Source: Macrostomum lignano
Taxonomy: Eukaryota
Assembly: GCA_002269645.1 (NCBI GenBank)
Contig: NIVC01001699.1
Location: forward strand, 61,138 to 125,137
Direction: 5' to 3'
DNA length: 64,000 nt
Part shown: in pieces, positions 40,720-53,454 of the stretch
Position numbering within the stretch: position 1 is the first letter of the stretch
How the letters are laid out: every line of letters starts with the position of its first letter
Position numbers and translations under genes: made by a program
Notes under the pieces: model-generated
Databases searched by the model: none
Told to the model about the DNA's origin: nothing
What the model saw: only the letters and a program-made list of their open reading frames with translations

Positions 40720-41612
40720 GGTGTCAGTGGTCTCAACCCCCAGCTCCAGTCCATTTTTAGTTATTTAGGTGTCCCTGGTCTCAACCACCAGCTCCAGTCC
40801 AGTTTTAGTTATTTAGGTGTCCCTGGTCTCAACCACCAGCTCCAGTCTAGTTTAGTTATTTACATGTAGGTGTCAGTGGTCTCAACCACTAGCTCCAGTC
40901 CAGTTTTAGTTATTTAGGTGTCCCTGGTTTCAACCACTAGCTCCAGTCCAGTTTTAGTTATTTTAGGTGTCCCTGGTCTCAACCACCAGCTCCAGTCCAG
41001 TTTTAGTATTTAGGTGTCCCTGGTCTCAACCAGCAGCTCCAGTCCATTTTTAGTTATTTAGGTGTCCCTGGTCTCAACCACTAGCTCCAGTCCATTTTTA
41101 GTTATTTAGGTGTCCCTGGTCTCAACCCCCAGCTCCAGTCCATTTTTAGTATTTAGGTGTCCCTGGTCTCAACCACCAGCTCCAGTCCAGTTTTAGTTAT
41201 TTTAGGTGTCCCTGGTCTCAACCACTAGCTCCAGTCCAGTTTTAGTTATTTTAGGTGTCCCTGGTCTCAACCACCAACTCCAGTCCAGTTTTAGTTATTT
41301 AGGTGTCCCTGGTCTCAACCACAAGCTCCAGTCCAGTTTTAGTTATTTAGGTGTCCCTGGTCTCAACCACCAGCTCCAGTCCAGTTTTAGTTATTTAGGT
41401 GTCCCTGGTCTCAACCACCAGCTCCAGTCCAGTTTTAGTTATTTAGGTGTCCCTGGTCTCAACCACCAGCTCCAGTCTAGTTTAGTTATTTACATGTAGG
41501 TGTCTCTGGGTCTCAACCAGCTCCAGTCCAGTTTAGTTATTTAGGTGTCCCTTGTCTTAACCTCCAGTCTAGTTTAGTTATTTAGGTGTCCCTGGTCTCA
41601 ACCACCAGCTCC
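40720..41612. repeat. ~48-bp minisatellite (ttatttaggtgtccctggtctcaaccaccagctccagtccagttttag)
   Basis: 48-bp period between 41343 and 41391; a (GA)n tract follows at ~41815-41886. Confidence 0.95.
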
Positions 41613-41825
41613 AACAGTGCCGGGGCCAGCCAGTTCCACCTCATTTGCGGGCTCAATTAGCGCCCAGATGAGGCGCTGAGAAGTGCAGGGGCGCCCCCAC
41701 CATCCACCCCGCAGCCACGCCCAGCCAAGCAGCAGATATCGCATTTCGGCAATATTGCCGAACACAGGCCTACTTCATTGGCGCTGGAAATTGGCGTCGA
41801 CAAATATGATGAAGCTGAGAGAGAG

Positions 41826-41889
<64 letters not shown>

Positions 41890-43669
41890 GGAGAGAAATG
41901 AGGAGTCCTCACTCGCTGCAGGGTGGTCCGCGTGGTTCGAACCTGATTCACTCTCCATCTATAGCTCCACCTCTGGCAAACTTTTGCCCAGCATGTTTGC
42001 CTGGTTATTCGACTGCCAGCAGATCGAGTCCCCTAGCAGAACCCTATCACACTCTCTGCGCCTCAGCGTCAGTCTCTGAGAGTAAAACAAATCCATGCGA
42101 ATTTCATAACTGGTTAAAGCTCGTCCACACCGCCATCAAGTAAGGCCAAAGTTCGTGTGATCATACCGTCATTCCTTTATAAATCGGTCGTGTGATTTGA
42201 TGACAGAGCGTGAATCAGCCTTAATTTGTGAGCGATCAGTCAGTGATGTCACCATTCCACTTCGATTTTCTTCACTACTCTCCTTCCTGTTTCCTTTCTC
42301 TGCCATTTTCTCCACTCCTTTCCCCATCAGCTCCTCGACTCCCTTCCAGCTGCATTCATCTTTCGATTTCTCTTATGTCTTCAACTCTTCTCTTTCTCTC
42401 TCTAATAACGTCTCTGCATCCGGCCTCTACTCGCTCCTTCATCCTTGCTGTCTCAGCTGCTGGCATTGAGGTCCAGCACGCAGTGGTCAGAATGTGTCGC
42501 CATCCCGTCCGCCCCCGGAGACTCTCGATCAGTCACTCGCAACCTCCCGGATGACTGATTGCGGACGATTCGTAGAGCCGCGAAACAACAAGGCAAGTCT
42601 CTCCGCAGCTCTCGTCTCTGATAGGCATCTCGCGTTGGACAGCCGGCCCACTTGTCCCAACGCATTAATTACTTAGGGAAGCTTCTTCTAGGAGAAGGAA
42701 ATGCAACTTTTGCTCCGCCGCTGTCCCGCAGCTGGGTCTCTCTGCCTGGAGGGAGTCCTCGCCTTGCGGGTGGGCCCGAATAAAAACTTTCTTTACTACC
42801 TACATCTTGCCTCTTTCCTTTTCCGGGTGATCTCTCGACAGGCGCGCAAAAAGACAGCTGCATGCTTCGTGACTTGTTGTGTTCCTTACGCGCGTAAACA
42901 TGGATAGTGTGCATGGATACGGGGCGATAAAGTTGGGCAATGTTAATACGCACACGCAGACCAACCGTGTGCACCATTAGAAAGTGTGAGCGCACGGCAG
43001 GAGCCAGCTGCTGCAGATAACACATACGGGCAAGTCAATGTCAGAGAGAGTTATTAACTTATAGCCTGTATGCTCGCAGTCAATGTGCTTCGATTTCCAC
43101 GGTTACCCGTCGGAGTTTTTCATCAATAGCTCGTAGACTATTAGCTTAATTAGCCTTCCTTATTAGCTTAATCAGGGAGGGGAGCCCGTTCTAGGGTCTT
43201 TACCTTAAAGCATTATTGAGCCACTTTTTTCGTTCGTCTGGTAGAAGCTGTGCGCCCTTTTGCATACTATATTTGTCAGACCGATCGCGTGCTTGGAAGG
43301 AAAGGGATGGCAGAGGAGGTCGCTAGAAAGACGCTGGTAGAAGCGCTGCGATTTTAAAGGAAAAAAGGTAAAAACTAAAACGAGGCGAATGGAAATGTCA
43401 AAGCTGCATGTTGCTGAGAGCGGCTTTACCGGCTTGAAATTTACGCAAGCCGAAAGTGGCCATGCTTGGATGGCATCAAAGAAGCGTTCGGCAGTAGAGC
43501 AGACTGGGTGCACTGTATTTTTACTTTTATTTCAACAGAAAAAATAGAATATATAGACATTCAGTATAATATAGTCTGGCAATGAGAGAATTTTTTTCAG
43601 ATATAGGGCTACGAGTACAGCTGGATCTACTTTATTTTTTTACATTTGCACGTCACTCAATCGTCGTGC

Positions 43670-44792
43670 GAAAAGTATCAAGGATCTTGCTCAATCACAT
43701 CACTCTCATCGGTACCAATCGAGCAGGATCTTGCTCAATCACACCACTCTCATCGGTACCAATCGGACAGGATCTTGCTCAATCACATCACCCTCATCGG
43801 TACCAATCGAGCAGGATCTTGCTCAATCACATCACTCTCATCGGTACCAATCGAGCAGGATCTTGCTCAATCACATCACCCTCATCGGTACCAATCGAGC
43901 AGGATCTTGCTCAATCACATCACTCTCATCGGTACCAATCGGACAGGATCTTGCTCAATCACATCACTCTCATCGGTACCAATCGGACAGGATCTTGCTC
44001 AATCACATCACCCTCATCGGTACCAATCGGACAGGATCTTGCTCAATCACATCACCCTCATCGGTACCAATCGAGCAGGATCTTGCTCAATCACATCACT
44101 CTCATCGGTACCAATCGAGCAGGATCTTGCTCAATCACATCACCCTCATCGGTACCAATCGAGCAGGATCTTGCTCAATCACATCACTCTCATCGGTACC
44201 AATCGGACAGGATCTTGCTCAATCACATCACTCTCATCAGTACCAATCGGACAGGATCTTGCTCAATCACATCACCCTCATCGGTACCAATCGAGCAGGA
44301 TCTTGCTCAATCACATCACTCTCATCGGTACCAATCGGACAGGATCTTGCTCAATCACATCACTCTCATCGGTACCAATCGAGCAGGATCTTGCTCAATC
44401 ACATCACCCTCATCGGTACCAATCGGACAGGATCTTGCTCAATCACATCACTCTCATCGGTACCAATCGGACAGGATCTTGCTCAATCACATCACTCTCA
44501 TCAGTACCAATCGGACAGGATCTTGCTCAATCACATCACCCTCATCGGTACCAATCGAGCAGGATCTTGCTCAATCACATCACTCTCATCGGTACCAATC
44601 GGACAGGATCTTGCTCAATCACATCACCCTCATCAGTACCAATCGGACAGGATCTTGCTCAATCACATCACCCTCATCGGTACCAATCGAGCAGGATCTT
44701 GCTCAATCACTTCACCCTCATCGGTACCAATCGGACAGGATCTTGCTCAATCACATCACCCTCATCGGTACCAATCGAGCAGGATCTTGCTG
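43670..44792. repeat. 44-bp minisatellite derived from the 3' end of the serotonin receptor CDS
   Basis: Unit aggatcttgctcaatcacatcac(t/c)ctcatcggtaccaatcg(ag/ga)c shares aggatcttgct and tc(a/g)tcggta with the coding sequence at 44855-44891. Confidence 0.95.
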
Positions 44793-44854
44793 AATCAGTT
44801 ACGGTTACCCTCGTCGGTACAAAACGAACATCAGGACCTTGTCAAACCGACGAG

Positions 44855-45771
44855 TCACCTTCGTCGGTAACGTCCAAATAGGATCTTGCTAAATGCGCTG
44901 CGAAAGTCCGGCGAGAAGATGGTGTATATCACTGGATTGAGCAGGCTGTTTGTGTAGCCCAACCACTGGATCAACGAGTGCCCAGTCTCGGAGATGAGGT
45001 CGGTGCACAGCGGCGAATAGAAGGGACAGACTATGGCTCGAACGAAGAAGGGGAACCAGCAGAACAGAAAGCAGCCTGTAATTATCGCCAGGGTTCTTGC
45101 TGCCTTCCTTTCTCGTTTCTGTTCCAGCCTCTCGCGCTGCATAGCCGCTTTGGACTGGATGGTGATGCGCTCCTGAGCTTCTGCTCGACCGTTTTGTTGT
45201 AGCTGTTTCTGCTGCTGTTTTTTCTGCTTTGAGTTCAGCTTTTTAGTAGTAGCGCTAAATGACGTCGTTTGACAGGGACCTGCGCCACTGGACACTTCCG
45301 GCGTGTGGTCGGAATCGGATGTGGATTTTTTCGCCGCCTGCTGCTGCTGCTGCTGCGCCGTCGCAGCGGCAGTTGCCGCGGCCGAAGCCGCCGGCTGGCT
45401 TGGCTTGAAGGCTTTCCGACGAATTCTTTTGCGAGCGGCGTGATAAATTCTCAGGTAGATGCCGATCATGAACAGCATGGGCAGGTAGAAGGCGCCAACA
45501 GTTGAGAATACGGTGTAAGCTGGCGATTCGTTGATGCGACACTCGTCCGGCTCTTTCCTCATGCGCCAGAAGCGCGCCGGGGCGCTGATCGCGGCGCTGA
45601 TGATCCAAATGGCGGCGATCATCAGGCCGATGCGGCGTCCGGTGCGGGTTCTGATGTAGTTGATGTTGGTGACTGCCCAGTAGCGATCAACCGCTATGCC
45701 AACCAGGTGCAGGATCGAAGCTGTGCAGCACAGCACGTCTAGGCAGGTCCACAGGTCGCAGAGGTGCACAC
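44855..45771 (-). CDS. 5-HT1-type serotonin receptor, exon 3 (TM3-TM7, stop)
   Basis: CDLWTCLDVLCCTASILHLVGIAVDRYW (TM3 Asp, DRY), STVGAFYLP, ERKAARTLAIITG..CWFPFF, WLGYTNSLLNPVIY; ctacag acceptor, phase 1. Confidence 0.95.
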
Positions 45772-45889
45772 CTGTAGAGTAGGGCCGATTTATTAGTGCT
45801 TTATACCTGCAATCTTCGGCTCAAAATTGCTTAAGAATATTTAAACCGCTGCTCGTTTCACTGTGCCCACATTTGTTGCTGTAACGCCA

Positions 45890-46690
45890 CTGTGCCAGCG
45901 CCAGGCCTCACCACGTCACTTTGCCAGCGCCAGTCCTCCCCCCCGCCACTCTGCCAGTGCCAGTCCCCACCCCGCCACTCTGCCAGCGCCAGTCCTCACC
46001 CCCGCCACTCTGCCAGTGCCAGTCCCCACCCCGCCACTCTGCCAGGGCCAGTCCCCACCCCGCCACTCTGCCAGGGCCAGTCCTCACCCCCGCCACTCTG
46101 TCAGGGCCAGTCCCCACCCCGCCACTCTGCCAGGGCCAGTCCTCACCCCCGCCACTCTGCCAGTGCCAGTCCCCACCCTCGCCACTCTGCCAGGGCCAGT
46201 CCTCACCCCCGCCACTCTGCCGGTGCCAGTCCCCACCCCGCCACTCTGCCAGTGCCAGTCCCCACTCCGCCACTCTGCCAGTGCCAGTCCCCACCCTCGC
46301 CACTCTGCCAGTGCCAGTCCCCACCCCGCCACTCTGCCAGCGCCAGTCCCCACCCCGCCACTCTGCCAGTGCCAGTCCCCACTCCGCCACTCTGCCAGTG
46401 CCAGTCCCCACCCTCGCCACTCTGCCAGTGCCAGTCCCCACCCCGCCACTCTGCCAGCGCCAGTCCCCACCCTCGCCACTCTGCCAGTGCCAGTCCCCAC
46501 CCCGCCACTCTGCCAGTGCCAGTCCCCACCTCGCCACTCTGCCAGCGCCAGTCCCCACCCTCGCCACTCTGCCAGTGCCAGTCCCCACCCCGCCACTCTG
46601 CCAGTGCCAGTCCCACCCCGCCACTCTGCCAGTGCCAGTCCCCACCCCGCCACTCTGCCAGTGCCAGTCCCACCCCGCCACTCTGCCCTG
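45890..46690. repeat. 29/30-bp GC-rich minisatellite (cgccactctgccagtgccagtccccaccc) in GPCR intron 2
   Basis: Read directly. Confidence 0.96.
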
Positions 46691-48224
46691 TGCCTGTCTG
46701 TGTACTTATAAAACCATAAGGGCCAGGTTAATAAATTTTTAGTTTTTTTAACGACTTTTAAACGTATTAAAAATTGTTTTTTAAGCCCGCCGCTTCCCCA
46801 TAAGCATCGTAAATAAGATCAAATTTCAAATTATTTTGCGCATTTTCCTGCATAACAGGCAACAGCGGCAAGCCTCTTTTGCCATGCTTAGCCATAACGC
46901 TCGTAAGTCTGGAAATAAGGGAGGAAAGGATTATCGGAACACTTGAGTTTATGCGCAGTTAGAAATGTATCATAACGATGCTAGTTATTATATAGAAATA
47001 CGGTCTCCTATCCATTTGCATTTCAGCCCAATAGTTCGCTTTAACTACCGTGGTCTCATTCAGCAGACTATTATTGCCATCTGCCCCCCCCCCCACTGCC
47101 GGCTGCTCTTCAATTGGATTGTAGTAAAATATAAATTAAATATATTTTTATAAGTGCGCGCAAGCCACTGCCTGGTCAGTGACAGCCCAAGGCATCTGAT
47201 TTACCCCCCCCCCCACGGCCAGCAGATCAACTGACGGAGTTCAATCAGCTGGTCCCATCGCTTCCCAGTCTGGGCAGGTCCTCCTGTGTCCAACCGTCGC
47301 ATTCCAGCCGCTTTTGAAGCCTCATCTCTCGATCCCCCTTTCCCCTCCTGTTATTCCAGCTTATACCCAGCACCCACTACCCTCTCGGCTTGGTCTAATT
47401 CAGCCCCCCTCGGCTAAACTTTTTTGTCCCAAAGGCCGCCTCGGTCCGGCACGGCATCAGGGATAGGTGGGATCGGGGATTAAAGCTACTCCAGTCCGGA
47501 GGCAAAGGCTTGGCGAAACGGGTTAGGAAACAGGGAACAAACCAAAGCGAAAGCTGATCCCCTGGGCTGGGAGGATCAGGAAACGCGTTTATATAGCCTA
47601 ATTCTTTCTTTCCCTCTGCTGGACTACGCCAGATATTTTTGCTGGCACAGCTTGCAGGAGGCCCCGACAGCTTTGAAAAGGGGGAGAACAGCGGCCGGAG
47701 ACGCTCCTTCTTGTGTGTCCCAGCTTTAGTCTTCTTGCCCTCCCGTTGTTGTCCCGGTCGCCCCCTTCCCTATTTGGTCTGGCCGGCGGTGTAGCGGGCG
47801 ACCTGACGCTGCCTGCATGCGCCGCTCTCCATCGCCGCCTCCAACGCCAGCTATTTTTTACGTCTGGGCGTCCCCCGCCAACGCGACTGGCGATGCTTGA
47901 AAAGAATTAGTAAGGAAACAGGCGAGAGGGAGAGAGGGGGTTGAGGGAGAGGTATGGGGTGGAAATTCCGACTGATGATGACGAGGCCTGGCTGCGTTGC
48001 GATGGTGTTCCGCTGTCTATATAGCTGGTACTTTCGCCTTTGTTTTACACCGAATACGCTGACGCTGGTAAATGACGCGGTGCTAGGCTGACTGACAAGG
48101 AAAAGCACTTGAGGCGCCTAACAGTGTTGGTGAAAATCGATTGAGTGGTGATGGACCCTGCATCCAGGCATTGGACAGATTCGACCCAATAACAGTACTG
48201 CATGAAAATTGCCTTGTGATGTGA

Positions 48225-48735
48225 CTGACTCAGTTTGAGACTGATAGAGCAGTGAGTGACTCAGTTTGAGACTGATAGAGCAGTGAGTGACTCAGTTTGA
48301 GACTGATAGAGCAGTGAGTGACTCAGTTTGAGACTGATAGAGCAGTGAGTGACTCAGTTTGAGACTGATAGAGCAGTGAGTGACTCAGTTTGAGACTGAT
48401 AGAGCAGTGAGTGACTCAGTTTGAGACTGATAGAGCAGTGAGTGACTCAGTTTGAGACTGATAGAGCAGTGAGTGACTCAGTTTGAGACTGATAGAGCAG
48501 TGAGTGACTCAGTTTGAGACTGATAGAGCAGTGAGTGACTCAGTTTGAGACTGATAGAGCAGTGAGTGACTCAGTTTGAGACTGATAGAGCAGTGAGTGA
48601 CTCAGTTTGAGACTGATAGAGCAGTGAGTGACTCAGTTTGAGACTGATAGAGCAGTGAGTGACTCAGTTTGAGACTGATAGAGCAGTGACTGACTCAGTT
48701 TGAGACTGATAGAGCAGTAAGTGACTCAGTTTGAG
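48225..48735. repeat. 31-bp homogeneous minisatellite (gactcagtttgagactgatagagcagtgagt) in GPCR intron 2
   Basis: Read directly. Confidence 0.97.
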
Positions 48736-48786
48736 AATACGGTTAAGCAGTGAGAAACTCAGTTTTCAAGCGAATTAACATTTTAC

Positions 48787-48895
48787 CGAGCCACCAGACT
48801 TTGGACATCTCCTTCAGGGCGCAGATGGGCATCACCAGGGTGGCCACCATCAGGTCGGCGACAGCCAGGCTCAGGATCAGGTAGTTCGACACGCT
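48787..48895 (-). CDS. 5-HT1-type serotonin receptor, exon 2 (TM2)
   Basis: SVSNYLILSLAVADLMVATLVMPICALKEMSKVWWL; tttcag / gtaaaa. Confidence 0.94.
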
Positions 48896-48919
48896 CTGAA
48901 AAATTAATGTAAAGCTTTA

Positions 48920-49160
48920 TCCAGGTAGCTTAGGTGTAAGAAGGGAGAAGTCCTGCGTTCAGTTCCACTGCCTAAAGATGTGAAAGTCTGGGCCTCTGTA
49001 CACCCTGTGAGATCGATCGACTATAGATTTGATTTCTGCGTCCGCTGGTTCCTGAAGCCCTTGCGCTTGATGGGCAGACTATGTAGTACGAGCATACAGT
49101 TCACTTTTAACTGGAAGGGGCCGCAGCCCTGAGGAGCGCCAGTGAAACTTAACTTGGTGC
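48920..49160 (+). mobile_element. Possible decayed tRNA-derived SINE-like element ending in a degenerate hammerhead
   Basis: A-box-like tagcttaggtg (48926), B-box-like cgttcagttcc (48956) with short spacing; CTGAGGA...GAAA core at 49129-49147. Confidence 0.3.
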
Positions 49161-49164
49161 CCGC

Positions 49165-50015
49165 GCCTGTCTCTTGGTGGGGCGCCACTGTCTCTTAGTG
49201 GGGCGCCACTGTCTCTTGGTGGGGCGCCACTGTCTCTTAGTGAGGCGCCACTGTCTCTTAGTGAGGCGCCACTGTCTCTTAGTGAGGCGCCACTGTCTCT
49301 TAGTGAGGCGCCACTGTCTCTTAGTGATGCGCCACTGTCTCTTAGTGAGGCGCCACTGTCTCTTAGTGAGGCGCCACTGTCTCTTAGTGAGGCGCCACTG
49401 TCTCTTAGTGAGGCGCCACTGTCTCTTAGTGAGGCGCCACTGTCTCTTAGTGAGGCGCCACTGTCTCTTAGTGAGGCGCCACTGTCTCTTAGTGAGGCGC
49501 CACTGTCTCTTAGTGAGGCGCCACTGTCTCTTAGTGAGGCGCCACTGTCTCTTAGTGAGGCGCCACTGTCTCTTAGTGAGGCGCCACTGTCTCTTAGTGA
49601 GGCGCCACTGTCTCTTAGTGAGGCGCCACTGTCTCTTAGTGAGGCGCCACTGTCTCTTAGTGAGGCGCCACTGTCTCTTAGTGAGGCGCCACTGTCTCTT
49701 AGTGAGGCGCCACTGTCTCTTAGTGAGGCGCCACTGTCTCTTAGTGAGGCGCCACTGTCTCTTAGTGAGGCGCCACTGTCTCTTAGTGAGGCGCCACTGT
49801 CTCTTAGTGAGGCGCCACTGTCTCTTAGTGAGGCGCCACTGTCTCTTAGTGAGGCGCCACTGTCTCTTAGTGAGGCGCCACTGTCTCTTAGTGAGGCGCC
49901 ACTGTCTCTTAGTGAGGCGCCACTGTCTCTTAGTGAGGCGCCACTGTCTCTTAGTGAGGCGCCACTGTCTCTTAGTGAGGCGCCACTGTCTCTTAGTGAG
50001 CCGCCACTGTCTCTT
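49165..50015. repeat. 21-bp homogeneous minisatellite (gcgccactgtctcttagtgag), ~40 copies, GPCR intron 1
   Basis: Read directly. Confidence 0.98.
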
Positions 50016-50847
50016 GGATTGGAGTTTATGCTAATCAGGGAAAATCCCTCCTATGGAGATGGAGGGGCAGAGGTAGGCAGGTGACTGAAAGTTTGCCCAC
50101 GACCCTCTGTTTGGTTTGCGGTTTCGTAATTCGACAATTAGACAATTTCCGGACGCGAATTTGCATCATCCTGGATGCTGCACCTCAGCTCCCGATATTA
50201 ATTAATCAAGATGGGACCGGTTTGGCATCTATGAGTACCTCTCTGAGTACCGCCCTCCCATAGTATAGTAAGGGCTGGCAAAATTGATGAACAATGAACG
50301 GTCTGGCACCGCAGGAAGATAATTTAATATAATTAAGCTGCTCCTGCAAGCAGACGGGCCGGTGTCAATCAAGCCTCGCTGGCTGGGTGCATCTGCGTGG
50401 CAAATGCACCCAGCCAGCATGTCCGCCGGCCATCCGGCCATCTGGAGAGGCCAGGCCGGGACCCGAGCCAAGCTGCAGGTCGGCCGTCGTTTTCCCACAT
50501 CTCCCTTCTCCTGCTCCCCCCCCCAGTTGCCCCTGGGGCTGATGTGGCATCTTAGGCACGAACTATTGCCAACCGATTAGTAATCAGCTGGTGCAAAACT
50601 GCTTGTGAATTTTCCGGGACACAGTTGCGAACACTTTTCTCCATTCGGCACCCCAAGGGGTTTATTAATATTTAGCTGACAGAAAATTCCAATGCTGGGG
50701 GCAGGATAATTTTCTTGAACTGCCTATTCGCTTCTTCTCTCATAACTAACTCGGTTGGAAGGGAAAATGCCGCAACTCATGCTTAATTGTGTATCATAGT
50801 TGGGGCCAGCTTGAGTTTGAATAGCCACTGCTGTCTGAGTTCATCGG

Positions 50848-52525
50848 TTGAGACACCGGTTGGACATCAGATAGAGACTCGGTTGAGACACCGGTGGGAC
50901 ATCAGATAGAGACTCGGTTGAGACACCGGTGGGACATCAGACAGAGACTCGGTTGAGACACCGGTGGGACATCAGACAGAGACTCGGTTGAGACACCGGT
51001 GGGACATCAGACAGAGACTCGGTTGAGACACCGGTGGGACATCAGACAGAGACTCGGTTGAGACACCGGTTGGACATCAGATAGAGACTCGGTTGAGACA
51101 CCGGTTGGACATCAGATAGAGACTCGGTTGAGACACCGGTGGGACATCAGATAGAGACTCGGTTGAGACACCGATTGAACATCAGATAGAGACTCGGTTG
51201 AGACACCGGTTGGACATCAGATAGAGACTCGGTTGAGACACCGGTGGGACATCAGACAGAGACTCAGTTGAGACACCGGTTGGACATCAGATAGAGACTC
51301 GGTTGAGACACCGGTGGGACAGCAGCTAGAGAGACTCGGTTGAGACACCGGTGGGACAGCAGCTAGAGAGACTCGGTTGAGACACCGATTGAACATCAGA
51401 TAGAGACACGGTTGAGACACCGGTGGGACATCAGACAGAGACTCGGTTGAGACACCGATTGAACATCAGATAGAGACTCGGTTGAGACACCGGTTGAACA
51501 TCAGATAGAGACTCGGTTGAGACACCGGTGGGACAGCAGCTAGAGAGACTCGGTTGAGACACCGGTTGGACATCAGATAGAGAGACTCAGTTGAGACACC
51601 GGGGTGGGACATCAGCTAGAGAGACTCAGTTGAGACACCGGGGTGGGACATCAGCTAGAGAGACTCAGTTGAGACACCGGTGGGACATCAGACAGAGACT
51701 CGGTTGAGACACCGATAGGACATCAGATAGAGACTCGGTTGAGACACCGGTTGGACATCAGATAGAGACTCGGTTGAGACACCGATTGAACATCAGATAG
51801 AGACTCGGTTGAGACACCGGTGGGACATCAGACAGAGACTCGGTTGAGACACCGGTTGGACATCAGATAGAGACTCGGTTGAGACACCGGTGGGACATCA
51901 GACAGAGACTCGGTTGAGACACCGGTTGGACATCAGATAGAGACTCGGTTGAGACACCGATTGAACATCAGATAGAGACTCGGTTGAGACACCGGTGGGA
52001 CATCAGACAGAGACTCAGTTGAGACACCGGTTGGACATCAGATAGAGACTCGGTTGAGACACCGGTGGGACAGCAGCTAGAGAGACTCGGTTGAGACACC
52101 GGTGGGACAGCAGCTAGAGAGACTCGGTTGAGACACCGATTGAACATCAGATAGAGACTCGGTTGAGACACCGGTTGAACATCAGATAGAGACTCGGTTG
52201 AGACACCGGTGGGACAGCAGCTAGAGAGACTCGGTTGAGACACCGGTTGGACATCAGATAGAGACTCGGTTGAGACACCGGTTGAACGTCAGATAGAGAC
52301 TCGGTTGAGATACCGGTGGGACGGGAGCTAGAGACTCGGTTGAGACACCGGTTGGACATCAGATAGAGACTCGGTTGAGATACCGGTTGGACATCAGCTA
52401 AGAGAGACTCAGTTGAGACACCGGTGGGACGGCAGCTAGAGAGACTTGGTTGAGACACCGGTGGGACAGCAGCTAGAGAGACTCGGTTGAGACACCGGTG
52501 GGACAGCAGCTAGAGAGACTCAGTC
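50848..52525. repeat. ~35-bp minisatellite (gagactcggttgagacaccggtgggacatcagata), GPCR intron 1
   Basis: 35-bp period between 50881 and 50916. Confidence 0.97.
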
Positions 52526-53454
52526 GCTCATAGTGATATATCTCATTTGCACCGCTGGCAAATTCAATAGTATCCGGCTAAAACGTACTCAAAAGTGTAG
52601 CAGCAACTTCACTCCGCGGCTCAAGTGTCGCTAATCTCATTAGTCGCTGAGACTACTAATCTCCCTAGCTCTCGAACCCCTACTCAAAGCTGGACTAACT
52701 CGCAGCAATGTATGGAACTCAATCGACCAATAAATAGGGACTGACCTATCTGAAGTGAGCAGTGTTTTATGACCTGCATTCGGATTTTCATATTTGGTAT
52801 TTAGTAGATATAGGAGTAGCGCAGCAGCTGTGCTCAGGTAGCTTCCCCTTTAAAGTAAGCCGGCTTGCATAGCAACTGAGCAGCCAAAGCTACACACCTC
52901 CCCTCCCCACCCCCGGAGTTCATCCCAAGGGACGCTTCGTCTCGAATTGGTCGAGTCTTTTATCTGGGAGGCTTTTAAAGCAACAAAATGTTCTGTATAG
53001 CCTATGATGACGACTGCTTGATCCGCCCCCTGTTTTGCATTCACCTTGTCTCCCTGCCTGCAATTCCGGCCCGCCTCTTCCTCCGCCGCTAATTTGCACT
53101 AAAAGCTGTCGAATTTCTCCTCTTTACAGCCAAAGAGACTTTGCTTTTAGTTCCCCCATCCCGCTTTGATCCTCAGTCCCCAGCCGCGCCTCGTTCTGTT
53201 TGTCTTTGTCTCCCTTTTCTCTGTGAAGCCGATCGGTGACCCTAAATCCTCGAGGGCGGCCCAGCCGCCCGGTTCTCATGTGGAATCGCAAGAGCTTGGG
53301 TTTTTAGCGGGAGCCTTTGTAGATTTTTGTCAAGTAAAAGAAACAAAAACTTTTCTTCAATACGCTGAATAGCGCTTGGTATTGATCTCTTTGCAGATTG
53401 CTTTCAAATCCGTACGTTTCACTGCACTTTTTCCATATCCAACCGACAGCCATG

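Noticed and set aside
41925-41945. B-box-like ggttcgaacc suggesting a tRNA
   Set aside because: No A box at the right spacing and no cloverleaf.
42200-43030. Short ORFs and a purine-rich minus-strand frame (ETARMKERVEAGCRDVIREKR...)
   Set aside because: Interrupted by stops, with no consistent splice sites or family motif.
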